NCBI GenBank assembly: GCA_964425075.1
Contig: CAYRKM010000001.1
Span: 459,060 to 523,059, forward strand
Reading direction: 5' to 3'
Source: an uncultured Gammaproteobacteria bacterium
GTDB taxonomy: Bacteria; Patescibacteriota; Microgenomatia; Levybacterales; GWA1-39-11
Length of the DNA stretch: 64,000 nucleotides
A program made the translations under genes and the position numbers. The first letter of the stretch is position 1, and the number at the start of each line of letters is the position of its first letter. Below the pieces are notes generated by a model. That model worked only from the letters and a program-made list of their open reading frames with translations, did not search any database and was not told the origin of the DNA. Below are positions 47,619 to 56,877 of the stretch, in pieces.

Positions 47619-47990
47619 ATGGTACAACACAGAACTATGCTGGTTTCAGCAGACAATAGTGGAGCAAAACAACTACAGGTAATCCAAATTTATGGAGGAT
47701 CAAGTAGACGTTATGGATATATTGGAGAAATGCTTGGGTGTATTGTCAAAAAAGCACTTCCACACAGTCAGTATAAGAAGGGAGATCTTGTAAAAGTTAT
47801 ATTAGTCAGATCTAAGAAAGAAGTAAAAAGAAAAGACGGAATGTATATTAGATTTTCAGAAAATGCTGGAGTTGTAATTGATGAGAAAACAAAAGAGCCA
47901 ACTGGAACTCGTATTTTTGGACCGGTTGCACGAGAAGTAAAAGAAGCTGGATACAGTAAAATTGCAAGTTTGGCTAAGAACGTTGTTTAA
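47619..47990 (+). CDS. rplN: 50S ribosomal protein L14
   Basis: ADNSGAK, IRF..NA.V, GTRIFGPVARE. Confidence 0.97.
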   Translation: MVQHRTMLVSADNSGAKQLQVIQIYGGSSRRYGYIGEMLGCIVKKALPHSQYKKGDLVKVILVRSKKEVKRKDGMYIRFSENAGVVIDEKTKEPTGTRIFGPVAREVKEAGYSKIASLAKNVV

Positions 47991-48005
47991 AAAGGAAAAA
48001 ATAAT

Positions 48006-48317
48006 ATGAGTTTAAAAATAAAAAAAGGCGATACAGTACAAATAATGTTAGGACGAGATAAGGGTAAAAAAGGTACCGTAGAGAGAGTATTGTCAACTGA
48101 ACGCATGGTTATTGTTGAAGGTATAAATCAAGTGAAGAAGCATTTGAAATCACGACAACAGGGCCAAAAGTCAGAGATTGTAACTCTTACAAAGCCAATT
48201 TCGATTGCAAAAGTGTCATTAATTGATAGCAAAAAGAAAAAACCAACAAGAGTTGGATTTAAAATCGAAAAAGGAAAAAAGATAAGAATCGGACGATTGT
48301 CCGGGGAGGCAATTTAA
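48006..48317 (+). CDS. rplX: 50S ribosomal protein L24
   Basis: IKKGDTV...[11 protein letters not shown] motif. Confidence 0.96.
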   Translation: MSLKIKKGDTVQIMLGRDKGKKGTVERVLSTERMVIVEGINQVKKHLKSRQQGQKSEIVTLTKPISIAKVSLIDSKKKKPTRVGFKIEKGKKIRIGRLSGEAI

Positions 48318-48430
48318 TGAAAGTACAAGCATCAGTTAAAAAACGTTGTTTACAATGTAAGATTATAAAAAGAAGGGGGAGGTTACTTGTGATTTGTGAG
48401 AATCCACGACACAAGCAACGCCAAGGTTAA
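48317..48430 (+). CDS. rpmJ: 50S ribosomal protein L36 (not in ORF track)
   Basis: [37 protein letters not shown]; TAATG overlap with rplX. Confidence 0.96.
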   Translation: MKVQASVKKRCLQCKIIKRRGRLLVICENPRHKQRQG

Positions 48431-48432
48431 CT

Positions 48433-48987
48433 ATGACATTTAAAGAAACATTTGAAAAAGAAATAGTAAAAAGCCTTAAAGACAAAATGAAGGTTAATTC
48501 TACTATGGCTGTGCCTAGAGTTAAGAAAATAGTAGTAAATATGAGTTTGAAAGATTTTCTTAAAGACAAGAAAAATATAGAACGTGGTCTTGAGGATCTG
48601 ACTCTTATTACAGGACAAAAACCAAAAATTGCAAAAGCTAGAATTTCTATTGCAACTTTCAAACTTCGAGAGGGAGATAAGATTGGTATGGCAGTAACTT
48701 TAAGAGGACAGAGGATGTATGACTTTTTAGAAAAACTTATTAAAGTTGTATTTCCTCGTGTGAAAGATTTTAGTGGAGTAGACTTGAAAGCATTCGATGG
48801 AAGAGGTAATATATCCGTTGGCTTCGATGAGCATATTGTTTTCCCAGAAATCGATTCAGGAAAAGTAGATGTGTTGCGTTCTTTGCAGGTTACTATCGTA
48901 ACAAATGCACATGACGATGAAAAAGCAAAAATGTTATTAACAGAAATGGGACTACCATTTAAGAAAACCGGAGAAGTAAAAAACTAA
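48433..48987 (+). CDS. rplE: 50S ribosomal protein L5
   Basis: KIVVN, ITGQKP, FKLREG, FDGRGN. Confidence 0.97.
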   Translation: MTFKETFEKEIVKSLKDKMKVNSTMAVPRVKKIVVNMSLKDFLKDKKNIERGLEDLTLITGQKPKIAKARISIATFKLREGDKIGMAVTLRGQRMYDFLEKLIKVVFPRVKDFSGVDLKAFDGRGNISVGFDEHIVFPEIDSGKVDVLRSLQVTIVTNAHDDEKAKMLLTEMGLPFKKTGEVKN

Positions 48988-48990
48988 ATT

Positions 48991-49176
48991 ATGTCTAAAA
49001 AATCGACAGTTGTAAAACTAAGCAAAAAACAAAAATTCTCAACCCGAGAGGTAAATTTATGCGCTCTTTGTGGAAGAACACGAGGATACATGAGGTTATT
49101 TGGAATTTGTAGAATTTGTTTTAGAGAAAGGGCACTTAAAGGAGAATTTCCTGGAGTGAAGAAAGCGAGTTGGTAA
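48991..49176 (+). CDS. rpsZ: 30S ribosomal protein S14 (Zn-binding type)
   Basis: [24 protein letters not shown]. Confidence 0.95.
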   Translation: MSKKSTVVKLSKKQKFSTREVNLCALCGRTRGYMRLFGICRICFRERALKGEFPGVKKASW

Positions 49177-49177
49177 T

Positions 49178-49567
49178 ATGACATATCCTGTTGCAAGCTT
49201 TTTAATACAAATAAAAAATGCCTATATGGCAAATAAAAATGAGATGGTCTTTCCTTATTCAAAGACCGTTCTTGCTATTGGAAAAATTTTAAAAGAAGAG
49301 GGGTACATTAAGGACGTAAAAGAAGCAAAAGATGAAAAACGAAATGTAGTAAAAGTTGAGCTTTTGTATCACGGAAATGATAAAGCAATGAGAGATGTAA
49401 AGATTATTTCAAAACCATCAATTCACAGATATATTGGAAAAAATGATGTTAAAAAAATTGTAAGTAGATTTGATTTGGCAATTCTTTCAACAAATCAAGG
49501 AATTATGTCAAACAGAAAAGCATTAAAACTTGGAGTAGGAGGAGAACTTTTAGCAAAAGTCAGTTAA
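49178..49567 (+). CDS. rpsH: 30S ribosomal protein S8
   Basis: IL..EGYI, ISKP, STNQG, GGE. Confidence 0.95.
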   Translation: MTYPVASFLIQIKNAYMANKNEMVFPYSKTVLAIGKILKEEGYIKDVKEAKDEKRNVVKVELLYHGNDKAMRDVKIISKPSIHRYIGKNDVKKIVSRFDLAILSTNQGIMSNRKALKLGVGGELLAKVS

Positions 49568-49568
49568 T

Positions 49569-50111
49569 ATGTCAAACATAGGTAAATTACCAGTAACAAT
49601 TGAAGCAGGAGTCGAAGTCAAAAAAGATGGACGAGATCTTACAGTCAGTGGTCCTAAGGGCTCTCTTTTCTTAAAACTTCCTGCAGGAATAGATGTAATT
49701 GTTGCTGATGGTATTGCAACTGTTAAGAAAGAGCACGAAAGCAAGTATTTAGAGAAGTTTTATGGACTATCTCGCGCACTGCTTTCAAATATGGTGAAAG
49801 GTGTTTCAAAAGGATTTGAGAAAAAACTAGAACTTTCAGGAGTCGGATACAGAGCACGAGTTGATGGACACGACTTGATATTAAACGTTGGATATTCTCA
49901 TCCGGTGAAGATTATGGCGCCGGAGGACGTAACTTTTAAAGTAGAGGAAAATGTTATTACCGTTACAGGTGTAGATAAAAGAATTGTTGGAGATATAGCA
50001 GATAACATTAGAAAAGTAAGACCACCAGAGCCCTATAAAGGAAAGGGAATTAAATATGTAGGTGAGAAGATAAGACGCAAAGCAGGAAAGACAGCAAAGG
50101 CTGCAGCGTAG
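49569..50111 (+). CDS. rplF: 50S ribosomal protein L6
   Basis: [18 protein letters not shown]. Confidence 0.97.
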   Translation: MSNIGKLPVTIEAGVEVKKDGRDLTVSGPKGSLFLKLPAGIDVIVADGIATVKKEHESKYLEKFYGLSRALLSNMVKGVSKGFEKKLELSGVGYRARVDGHDLILNVGYSHPVKIMAPEDVTFKVEENVITVTGVDKRIVGDIADNIRKVRPPEPYKGKGIKYVGEKIRRKAGKTAKAAA

Positions 50112-50121
50112 GAGTAAAATT

Positions 50122-50472
50122 ATGAAAAAAGCAGTTTACAATAATTTAAAAACAAAAAGAAGAGTTACAAGAATTCGAAAGAAATTACTTGCTACCTCAA
50201 ACAGACCTAGACTTACTGTCTATCGTTCAAATGTGCATATATACGCTCAAATTATTGATGATAAAAAGGCTAATACGCTAGTTTCTGCTTCATCTAAAGA
50301 GATAAAGGCAACAAAGAAAATGGAACAAGCACAACAAGTTGGGTTATTAATTGCAAAGAAAGCAATTGATAAAAAAATAAAAGAGGTAGTATTTGATAAA
50401 GGTGCTTATAAATTTCATGGGAGGGTAAAAGCTCTTGCAGAAAGTGCACGAGAAGGAGGACTTCAATTCTAG
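50122..50472 (+). CDS. rplR: 50S ribosomal protein L18
   Basis: [21 protein letters not shown]. Confidence 0.96.
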   Translation: MKKAVYNNLKTKRRVTRIRKKLLATSNRPRLTVYRSNVHIYAQIIDDKKANTLVSASSKEIKATKKMEQAQQVGLLIAKKAIDKKIKEVVFDKGAYKFHGRVKALAESAREGGLQF

Positions 50473-50543
50473 GGGTCGCAAAATTGGATAAGCAAAGCTT
50501 GCGGACTTTGTCCTAAAGCAAGACTTGTCTACGAATTAAATTT

Positions 50544-50990
50544 ATGGATAACCAATACGACGAAAAAATTGTACAAGTAAATAGAGTTTCTAAAAAAACT
50601 AAAGGTGGAAATAAAATGAGATTTTCAGTTCTTGCTGTTGTTGGGGACCGAAATGGTAAAGTTGGTGTAGGTCTCGGAAAATCAGCAGATGTTGCATCAG
50701 CAATTGCAAAGGCTGTAAGTTACGCAAAAGGACATTTCATTACAGTACCTATTGTTAATGGAACAATTCCACAAGAAATTAGAGTAAAAGAAGGGGCTGC
50801 GGAAGTACTATTAAAACCTGCACCAAAAGGTTCAGGAATTATTGCTGGAGGAGCAGTGAGAAGTGTGGTTGAGGCAGCTGGAATTCACAATATATCATCA
50901 AAAATTTTGGGAACATCAAATAAAGGAAGCAATGTTCATGCAACATTTGCAGCGTTATTAGCATTAAGCAAAAGACAGACTGTAAAATAA
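50544..50990 (+). CDS. rpsE: 30S ribosomal protein S5
   Basis: NRVSK.TKGG, VGD.NG.VG.G, G.GIIAGG. Confidence 0.97.
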   Translation: MDNQYDEKIVQVNRVSKKTKGGNKMRFSVLAVVGDRNGKVGVGLGKSADVASAIAKAVSYAKGHFITVPIVNGTIPQEIRVKEGAAEVLLKPAPKGSGIIAGGAVRSVVEAAGIHNISSKILGTSNKGSNVHATFAALLALSKRQTVK

Positions 50991-51008
50991 TATTTTTTCT
51001 TTAAAAAT

Positions 51009-51437
51009 ATGGAACTTAACAAAACAACAACCAAAAAACTAAGACGTCTTGGGCGTGGTTCTGGTTCGGGAAGAGGTAAAACTTCCGGACGAGGAACAAA
51101 AGGACAAAAAGCTAGACGAAATATTGCTCTAGGATTTGAAGGAGGAGCACTTCCTCTTATTAAGAGACTTCCTTTCATGCGAGGAAAGGGTCGCAATAAT
51201 TCCTTACAGGCAAAACCTGTTGTTATTAATGTAAAGGTTCTTGATCTTTTGCCTGCAAAAACTGTTGTTGATATTGAAGCATTAATAAAACATAATATAG
51301 TTGTCCCTTCCGAGGCAAAGAAATTTGGGGTAAAAATTCTAGGTGATGGTGAACTTTCAAAAGCACTTACTGTAAAATTACCTGTTACAAAGTCCGCAAG
51401 GAAAAAAATTGAAAAAGCCGGCGGAAGTGTTTCTTAG
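51009..51437 (+). CDS. rplO: 50S ribosomal protein L15
   Basis: GRG.GSG.GKT.GRG.KGQ, FEGG. Confidence 0.96.
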   Translation: MELNKTTTKKLRRLGRGSGSGRGKTSGRGTKGQKARRNIALGFEGGALPLIKRLPFMRGKGRNNSLQAKPVVINVKVLDLLPAKTVVDIEALIKHNIVVPSEAKKFGVKILGDGELSKALTVKLPVTKSARKKIEKAGGSVS

Positions 51438-51448
51438 CATATTCATTT

Positions 51449-52732
51449 ATGAGTAAAATCTTTAATGTCCTTAAGAAAATATTCAAAGACAAAGACTTAA
51501 GGAAAAAGGTACTCATAGTTTTAGCTCTTTTCCTCGTTTTCCGATTCTTTGCGCACATTCCTGTTTCTGGTGTAAATCTTGCGCAATTAAAATCTCTTTT
51601 CGAACAAAATCAATTCTTGGGTCTTATCAATCTCTTGGGTGGAGGTACACTTGCCAACTTCTCAATTCTTGCAGTTGGAATCGGGCCATACATCTATGCG
51701 TCAATCGTGATGCAACTCGCAACTCAAATTTATCCAAAACTTGAAGAACTTCAAAAAGAGGGTGGATATGGAAGGCAGAAAATCAATCAATACACACGCT
51801 ACATCACTCTTCCCTTAGGAGTTTTGCAATCAATTGGAATGTATGCTCTTTTAAGGAGTCAGGGGCTTATTGCAAATCTGGGTCCTTTCGAGTTGGTAAC
51901 ATTTGTTGCAACATTGGTTGCGGGAACTATGCTTGTGCTTTGGCTTGGAGAGCTTATTTCAGAACAAAATATTGGAAACGGTATATCTTTAATTATCTTT
52001 GCAGGTATTGTTGGGCAACTTCCAATTGCGCTTATTCAAGCGGTATCAACCGTAACTCCAGATCAAATTATGAATATGGGACTACTTGCAGCTGCAGGAG
52101 TTTTAATGATTGCGGCAATTGTATTTGTAACAGAGGCTGTTAGAAAAGTACCAGTAATGTACGCAAGACGTATAAGGGGAGGAAGAAGTGAAACTGCGCA
52201 GCAAACATTCCTACCACTTAGACTAAATTCAGCAGGGGTTGTGCCAATTATTTTTGCAGTTTCTATTGTTCTTCTTCCATCATTAGTTTCAAATTATCTT
52301 ATTGCAGCAAAAAACCCAAACTTCGCGTCAATTGGACAATTTTTAGCAGCCAATTTTTCAACCACAAGCGTTGCATATAACGTTGTCTACTTTTTATTGA
52401 TTTTCGGATTTACATATTTTTATACTGCAATTGTTTTCCAACCACAGAAAGTATCAGAAGATATTCAAGAAAATGGGGGGTTCATCCCAGGTATTCGTCC
52501 AGGTAAACCTACTGCAAGTTACCTTAATTTTATTGTTACAAGAATCACTTTGGTAGGAGGATTGTTCTTGGGAATTGTTGCGATAGTCCCAAACATATTG
52601 CAATCCCTTACAGGTATTCAAGCATTAATCGTTGGAGGAACAAGTATTTTAATTGTTGTGTCAGTTGTTATAGAGAGTGTTAAAATTTTCCAAACTCAAT
52701 TAGTTACACGTTCTTACGATAGGTTTCTATGA
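51449..52732 (+). CDS. secY: Preprotein translocase SecY
   Basis: GI.PYI.ASI, IGNGIS, GV.PIIFA, IPGIRPG. Confidence 0.98.
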   Translation: MSKIFNVLKKIFKDKDLRKKVLIVLALFLVFRFFAHIPVSGVNLAQLKSLFEQNQFLGLINLLGGGTLANFSILAVGIGPYIYASIVMQLATQIYPKLEELQKEGGYGRQKINQYTRYITLPLGVLQSIGMYALLRSQGLIANLGPFELVTFVATLVAGTMLVLWLGELISEQNIGNGISLIIFAGIVGQLPIALIQAVSTVTPDQIMNMGLLAAAGVLMIAAIVFVTEAVRKVPVMYARRIRGGRSETAQQTFLPLRLNSAGVVPIIFAVSIVLLPSLVSNYLIAAKNPNFASIGQFLAANFSTTSVAYNVVYFLLIFGFTYFYTAIVFQPQKVSEDIQENGGFIPGIRPGKPTASYLNFIVTRITLVGGLFLGIVAIVPNILQSLTGIQALIVGGTSILIVVSVVIESVKIFQTQLVTRSYDRFL

Positions 52733-52795
52733 TGTACTCAGCATATGAGCGTGAGCGAAATATAATTTCCAAAATTATGAATATATATCTTAATT

Positions 52796-52853
52796 ATACC
52801 GTTAACCCTTGGGTCGAATACCAACTGGCATTCTCCCCAGAGACTCCCGGTAT
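52796..52853 (+). repeat. ATACCG...CGGTAT stem-loop element, copy 3 (diverged)
   Basis: ataccgttaaccct..ccaactgg..gagactcccggtat. Confidence 0.65.
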
Positions 52854-52898
52854 CTTTCGCAACCAAGGACTTTTACTACAAAAGGGGGTATGCGAAAG

Positions 52899-53435
52899 AT
52901 GAAAATTATATTAATTGGTATTCAAGGTAGTGGGAAATCAACGCAGGGCAATTTATTATCTCAAAAACTTAATATTCCTTATCTTTCAACCGGCCATATT
53001 TTTCGTGAAATGGCAAAGGAGAAAACCCCAATGGGAAGATATATTAAAGAAACAATCAATGCTGGCGTTCTAATCCCTGATGAGAAAACTCTTCCAATAG
53101 TAACCGAATATTTATCACGTTCTGAATACAAAAACGGATATATCCTTGACGGTTTTCCAAGGACAGTAATTCAGGCTGAAGAGTTTGTGAACGGAATTAA
53201 TTATGTTGTTTACCTTAATGTTTCTGACAGGGAGGCATTGTGGAGGCTTTCTTACAGGGAAGACGAAAGGGAAGATGAAACATTACTAGCATTAAGGAAA
53301 AGAATTGAAATGTTTCATGAATTTACCAAACCAGTCCTTGAATATTATCGAGAAAAAGGCATTCTTGTTGAAATAAATGGAGAGAAGGAAATTCAAGAAA
53401 TTCACGAAGAAATACTAAGAAACATACAAAAGTAG
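52899..53435 (+). CDS. adk: Adenylate kinase (short LID)
   Basis: GIQGSGKSTQ, STG..FR, LDGFPR; start moved to 52899. Confidence 0.9.
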   Translation: MKIILIGIQGSGKSTQGNLLSQKLNIPYLSTGHIFREMAKEKTPMGRYIKETINAGVLIPDEKTLPIVTEYLSRSEYKNGYILDGFPRTVIQAEEFVNGINYVVYLNVSDREALWRLSYREDEREDETLLALRKRIEMFHEFTKPVLEYYREKGILVEINGEKEIQEIHEEILRNIQK

Positions 53436-53440
53436 ATCTT

Positions 53441-54007
53441 GTGAAGAAAAGATACATCATAGGAATATCTGGAGCATTTGGTAGCGGAAAATCAACTGCA
53501 GCAGATTATTTTGAAACCAAAGGATATAAAAAAATTTACCTTTCCTCTTTCCTCGAAAAAGAAGCTCTCAAACGCAAACTTCCCTTAACTAGAAAAATCC
53601 TTCAAGATATTGGAAATGAATTTCGAGAAAGAAATGGTTCAGGCGTACTTATGAAGAAAGCCTTAACAAGGCTTAAAAATAATGAAAAAATAGTAATTGA
53701 CGGAATAAGAAATCTTGGAGAAATAGAGGAATTAAGAAAAGTTAAGAATAGTATTATTGTTGGGATTGTTGCAGACAGAAACATTAGATTTGATCGTTTG
53801 AAGAAATTAAAAAGAAGGGAAAAGCTTAACGAAGAGTTGTTTTACAAATTAGACTTGCGTGATTTGGGCGTAGGTGAGAAAATAACTGGTCTTCAAACTG
53901 CAATCTGCATTGCTCTTGCTGATGTTTATATAGATAGCAATGGTAAGTTTGAGGACTTTTACGAAAAATTAGACAAATTTTTACGAGGTTACGAAAAGGC
54001 ATATTAA
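53441..54007 (+). CDS. P-loop nucleotide kinase (dephospho-CoA kinase/NMP kinase-like)
   Basis: GAFGSGKST, VIDGIRN..E, R..R. Confidence 0.75.
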   Translation: MKKRYIIGISGAFGSGKSTAADYFETKGYKKIYLSSFLEKEALKRKLPLTRKILQDIGNEFRERNGSGVLMKKALTRLKNNEKIVIDGIRNLGEIEELRKVKNSIIVGIVADRNIRFDRLKKLKRREKLNEELFYKLDLRDLGVGEKITGLQTAICIALADVYIDSNGKFEDFYEKLDKFLRGYEKAY

Positions 54008-54020
54008 ACTTTAAACAACT

Positions 54021-54701
54021 ATGAAAAACAGTTTACAAATAGCAATTGATGGACCAGTGGGTTCCGGAAAAGGAACACTAGCTGTAGCTTTGGCTGGAAG
54101 GTTGGATGCTATACACATATATACAGGGGGAATGTATAGGGCCTTAGCACTTGCATGTCTTCGCAAAAATATAGATATCCACAATAATAAAGAGGTCCTG
54201 CAGGTTCTAATGGAAATAGAGATTGGTATGAAAGTGGGAGCGGATTCTCATACTCGAATTATTTTAGATAATGAAGATATTACTGATGAAATTTTTTATC
54301 CTCAAGTAAGCAACATTACTCCAATTACTTCTGCATATCCTGATGTTCGCGAAGAAATGGTTAAAAGGCAAAAAGCGCTTGCTATGGGAAGGCGCGTGGT
54401 TATGGAGGGTAGAGATATTACAACAGTTGTTCTACCAAATGCTGATCTTAAGGTTTTTTTAACTGCTGATATTGATATTAGAGCCCAGAGAAGATGGAAT
54501 CAATTAAAAGAAAAAGAAGTCACAATTGATTTTGAAAATGTAAAAAAAGATATTGAGAAACGCGATAATGCTGATAGCAAAAGAGATACATCCCCATTGC
54601 TGCAAGCAGAGGATGCCTTCATCATTGATACATCTCATGATACTATTGAGGAAACCGTTGAAAAAGTAGTAGGAGAGCTTCAAAGGAGAGATCTTATATG
54701 A
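54021..54701 (+). CDS. cmk: Cytidylate kinase
   Basis: IAIDGP.GSGKGT, TG.MYRA, EGRDI, RD..DS.R..SPL. Confidence 0.93.
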   Translation: MKNSLQIAIDGPVGSGKGTLAVALAGRLDAIHIYTGGMYRALALACLRKNIDIHNNKEVLQVLMEIEIGMKVGADSHTRIILDNEDITDEIFYPQVSNITPITSAYPDVREEMVKRQKALAMGRRVVMEGRDITTVVLPNADLKVFLTADIDIRAQRRWNQLKEKEVTIDFENVKKDIEKRDNADSKRDTSPLLQAEDAFIIDTSHDTIEETVEKVVGELQRRDLI

Positions 54702-55471
54702 TTAACGACAAGACTAGAAAAAAAATTGAGGTCATGCGTGAAGCTGGAAAAATTCTTGGCGAGGTTTTGTTTGAAGTAATGAATGCAATAAAACCAGGAG
54801 TAACCGAAATTGAGCTTGATAAACTTGCTGAACGTCTAATTTTAGAAAAAGGGGCAGAACCGGGATTTAAAAAGGTTGATGGGTACGAGCATTCTATTTG
54901 TGTATCTACGAATGACGTTGTCGTTCATGGAATTCCAAAAGATAGAGAGTTGAAAAATGGAGATATTATCGGTGTTGATTGTGGAGTTTATCTAAATGGA
55001 TATCATACTGATATGGCTGAAACCAAAATTGTGGGTGAAACAAGCAATCCTGAAGTAGTGCGTTTTGTAGAGGCTGGCAAAAAGGCTATGTTTGCAGGTA
55101 TTCGTCAGGCAAAAGTTGGACGTCGAGTTGGGCACATTTCTCAAGCAATGCAGGAAGTAATGGAGGGAAGTGGGTACTCTGTAGTAAAAAGTCTGGTGGG
55201 TCATGGAGTAGGAAAAGAGCTTCACGAAGAGCCTGAAATCCCAGGATATTTGGAAAAAGAGCTTCGAAAAACCCCAATTTTAGAAGATGGAATGACCCTA
55301 GCAATTGAGGCTATTTATAATATGGGTAAGGCTGGGGTAGTATATGAGGGAAGCGATGATTGGACGATTTCTTCCTCTGACGGAAGTCTTGCTGGGCTTT
55401 GCGAAAGAACTATTTTAATAACACCTGATGGTCCTGAGCTTATTACATATTTCCCCGGAGAGACAATTTAA
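54698..55471 (+). CDS. map: Methionine aminopeptidase type I
   Basis: S.N..VVHGIP, D.G...GYH.D, GHGVG..LHEEP, IE, E.T. Confidence 0.95.
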   Translation: MINDKTRKKIEVMREAGKILGEVLFEVMNAIKPGVTEIELDKLAERLILEKGAEPGFKKVDGYEHSICVSTNDVVVHGIPKDRELKNGDIIGVDCGVYLNGYHTDMAETKIVGETSNPEVVRFVEAGKKAMFAGIRQAKVGRRVGHISQAMQEVMEGSGYSVVKSLVGHGVGKELHEEPEIPGYLEKELRKTPILEDGMTLAIEAIYNMGKAGVVYEGSDDWTISSSDGSLAGLCERTILITPDGPELITYFPGETI

Positions 55472-55609
55472 TCCTAGCCTTGAATAGCTTCAAGATTTCT
55501 GGTAGAATAGCATGTAATTGTTTTGCGTTGAGGCTTACTTTAATGTATAATACTTCAGCCTAAAAACAATTTTTTTGTATGGCGCTGGATATGAAAATAT
55601 TCAAGCCAT

Positions 55610-55703
55610 ATGAAGAATGATTATACCGCAAGGTATATGAAGAATGATTATACCGCAAGGTATATGAAGAATGATTATGCCGCAAGGCATATGAAGGATG
55701 ATT
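55610..55703 (+). repeat. 27-nt tandem repeat (3.5 units) with GCAA-tetraloop hairpins and mini-ORFs upstream of infA
   Basis: atgaagaatgattataccgcaaggtat x2, atgaagaatgattatgccgcaaggcat, atgaaggatgatt. Confidence 0.9.
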
Positions 55704-55922
55704 ATGGCGCATCAAGGGTCGATAGAAATAGACGGAGTAGTTCGCGAGGTATTACCAAATACATTATTTAGGGTTGAATTAGAAGGAGGAAAGGTAATAC
55801 TGTGTCACTTATCGGGGAAGATGAGGATTTATTTTATAAAAATAATGCCAGGAGATAAGGTAAAAGTAGAAATGACCCCCTATGATACCGAGCGAGGAAG
55901 GATAACATATCGTTACCGTTAG
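55698..55922 (+). CDS. infA: Translation initiation factor IF-1 (start 55698 or 55704)
   Basis: G.V.E.LPN..FRVEL, SGKMR, GD.V.VE..PYD..RGRI.YR. Confidence 0.97.
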   Translation: MIMAHQGSIEIDGVVREVLPNTLFRVELEGGKVILCHLSGKMRIYFIKIMPGDKVKVEMTPYDTERGRITYRYR

Positions 55923-55977
55923 CAAAAGCTTAAGGGTAAGGTTTCCTACCGCTAAGTTTTTTATCTCAAAATAAATT

Positions 55978-56370
55978 ATGCGTGTTGCAGGTGTAAATAT
56001 ACCAGAACAAAAAAGAGTCGATAGGGCTTTAGCCTACATCTATGGTATTGGTCCAAGCAATGTACTTGAAGTACTAAAAACAGCTGGAATTGATGCTTCA
56101 AGACGACTTAAAGACTTAACAGAGGATGAAGTGGTTAGGGTTCAGAAAGCAATTGAGGTTATCAAAACTGAGGGAGATCTTCGGGCCGAAGTTATAGGAA
56201 ACATTAAAAGACTTAAAGAAATTAGTGCCTACAGAGGGATTAGACATGCAAGAAATCTTCCTTCAAAAGGACAAAGAACAAGAAGCAACGCTCGTACTAA
56301 AAGAGGAAAAAGAGTCACTATTGGTGCAATTAAGAAAGAAATGGCTGAAAAAATGGCAGCAGCCAAGTAG
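55978..56370 (+). CDS. rpsM: 30S ribosomal protein S13
   Basis: IYGIG, YRG.RH, GQRTR.NART. Confidence 0.97.
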   Translation: MRVAGVNIPEQKRVDRALAYIYGIGPSNVLEVLKTAGIDASRRLKDLTEDEVVRVQKAIEVIKTEGDLRAEVIGNIKRLKEISAYRGIRHARNLPSKGQRTRSNARTKRGKRVTIGAIKKEMAEKMAAAK

Positions 56371-56375
56371 GTATT

Positions 56376-56435
56376 TATACCGACAACTCTTGTTCAAATA
56401 GCCAACTGGCAATTTGAACTGAGACTCTCGGTATA
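56376..56435 (+). repeat. ATACCG...CGGTAT stem-loop element, copy 4
   Basis: tataccgacaactcttgttcaaat-agccaactggca-atttgaactgagactctcggtata. Confidence 0.8.
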
Positions 56436-56474
56436 TTTAAAAAAAAGGACTTTTATTTATAAAATTTTTTAAAT

Positions 56475-56864
56475 ATGGCAAAAAAAGTAGTAGCTAAAAA
56501 ACAAAGACCAACAATTACAACCGGTAACGGTAAATTATTTGTATCAACTACATTTAATAATACAATTGTTACTATCACTAACGAAAAAGGAGATGCTATA
56601 GCATGGAGTTCTGCAGGAAATGCTGGATTTAAAGGAACTCGAAAATCTACTCCATTTGCAGCCACATCTGCAGTTGAGGAAGCTATAAAGAAAGCAAAAG
56701 AAATTGGCGTTAATTCGGTTGAGGTATTTATTAAAGGACCAGGAGTTGGACGGGATGCATCACTACGAGCTATAAGAAACTCAGGTCTTTCTATTTCTAT
56801 GATTGCTGATGTAACTCCCATTCCACATAATGGGCCACAAGCAAAGAAAAAAAGGAGAGCATAA
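56475..56864 (+). CDS. rpsK: 30S ribosomal protein S11
   Basis: FNNTI, KSTPFAA, D.TPIPHNG. Confidence 0.97.
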   Translation: MAKKVVAKKQRPTITTGNGKLFVSTTFNNTIVTITNEKGDAIAWSSAGNAGFKGTRKSTPFAATSAVEEAIKKAKEIGVNSVEVFIKGPGVGRDASLRAIRNSGLSISMIADVTPIPHNGPQAKKKRRA

Positions 56865-56877
56865 ACATTAAGTAAAT

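Noticed and set aside
55610-55703. CRISPR array interpretation of the 27-nt repeats
   Set aside because: Units are head-to-tail with no unique spacers, and no cas genes are in the window.
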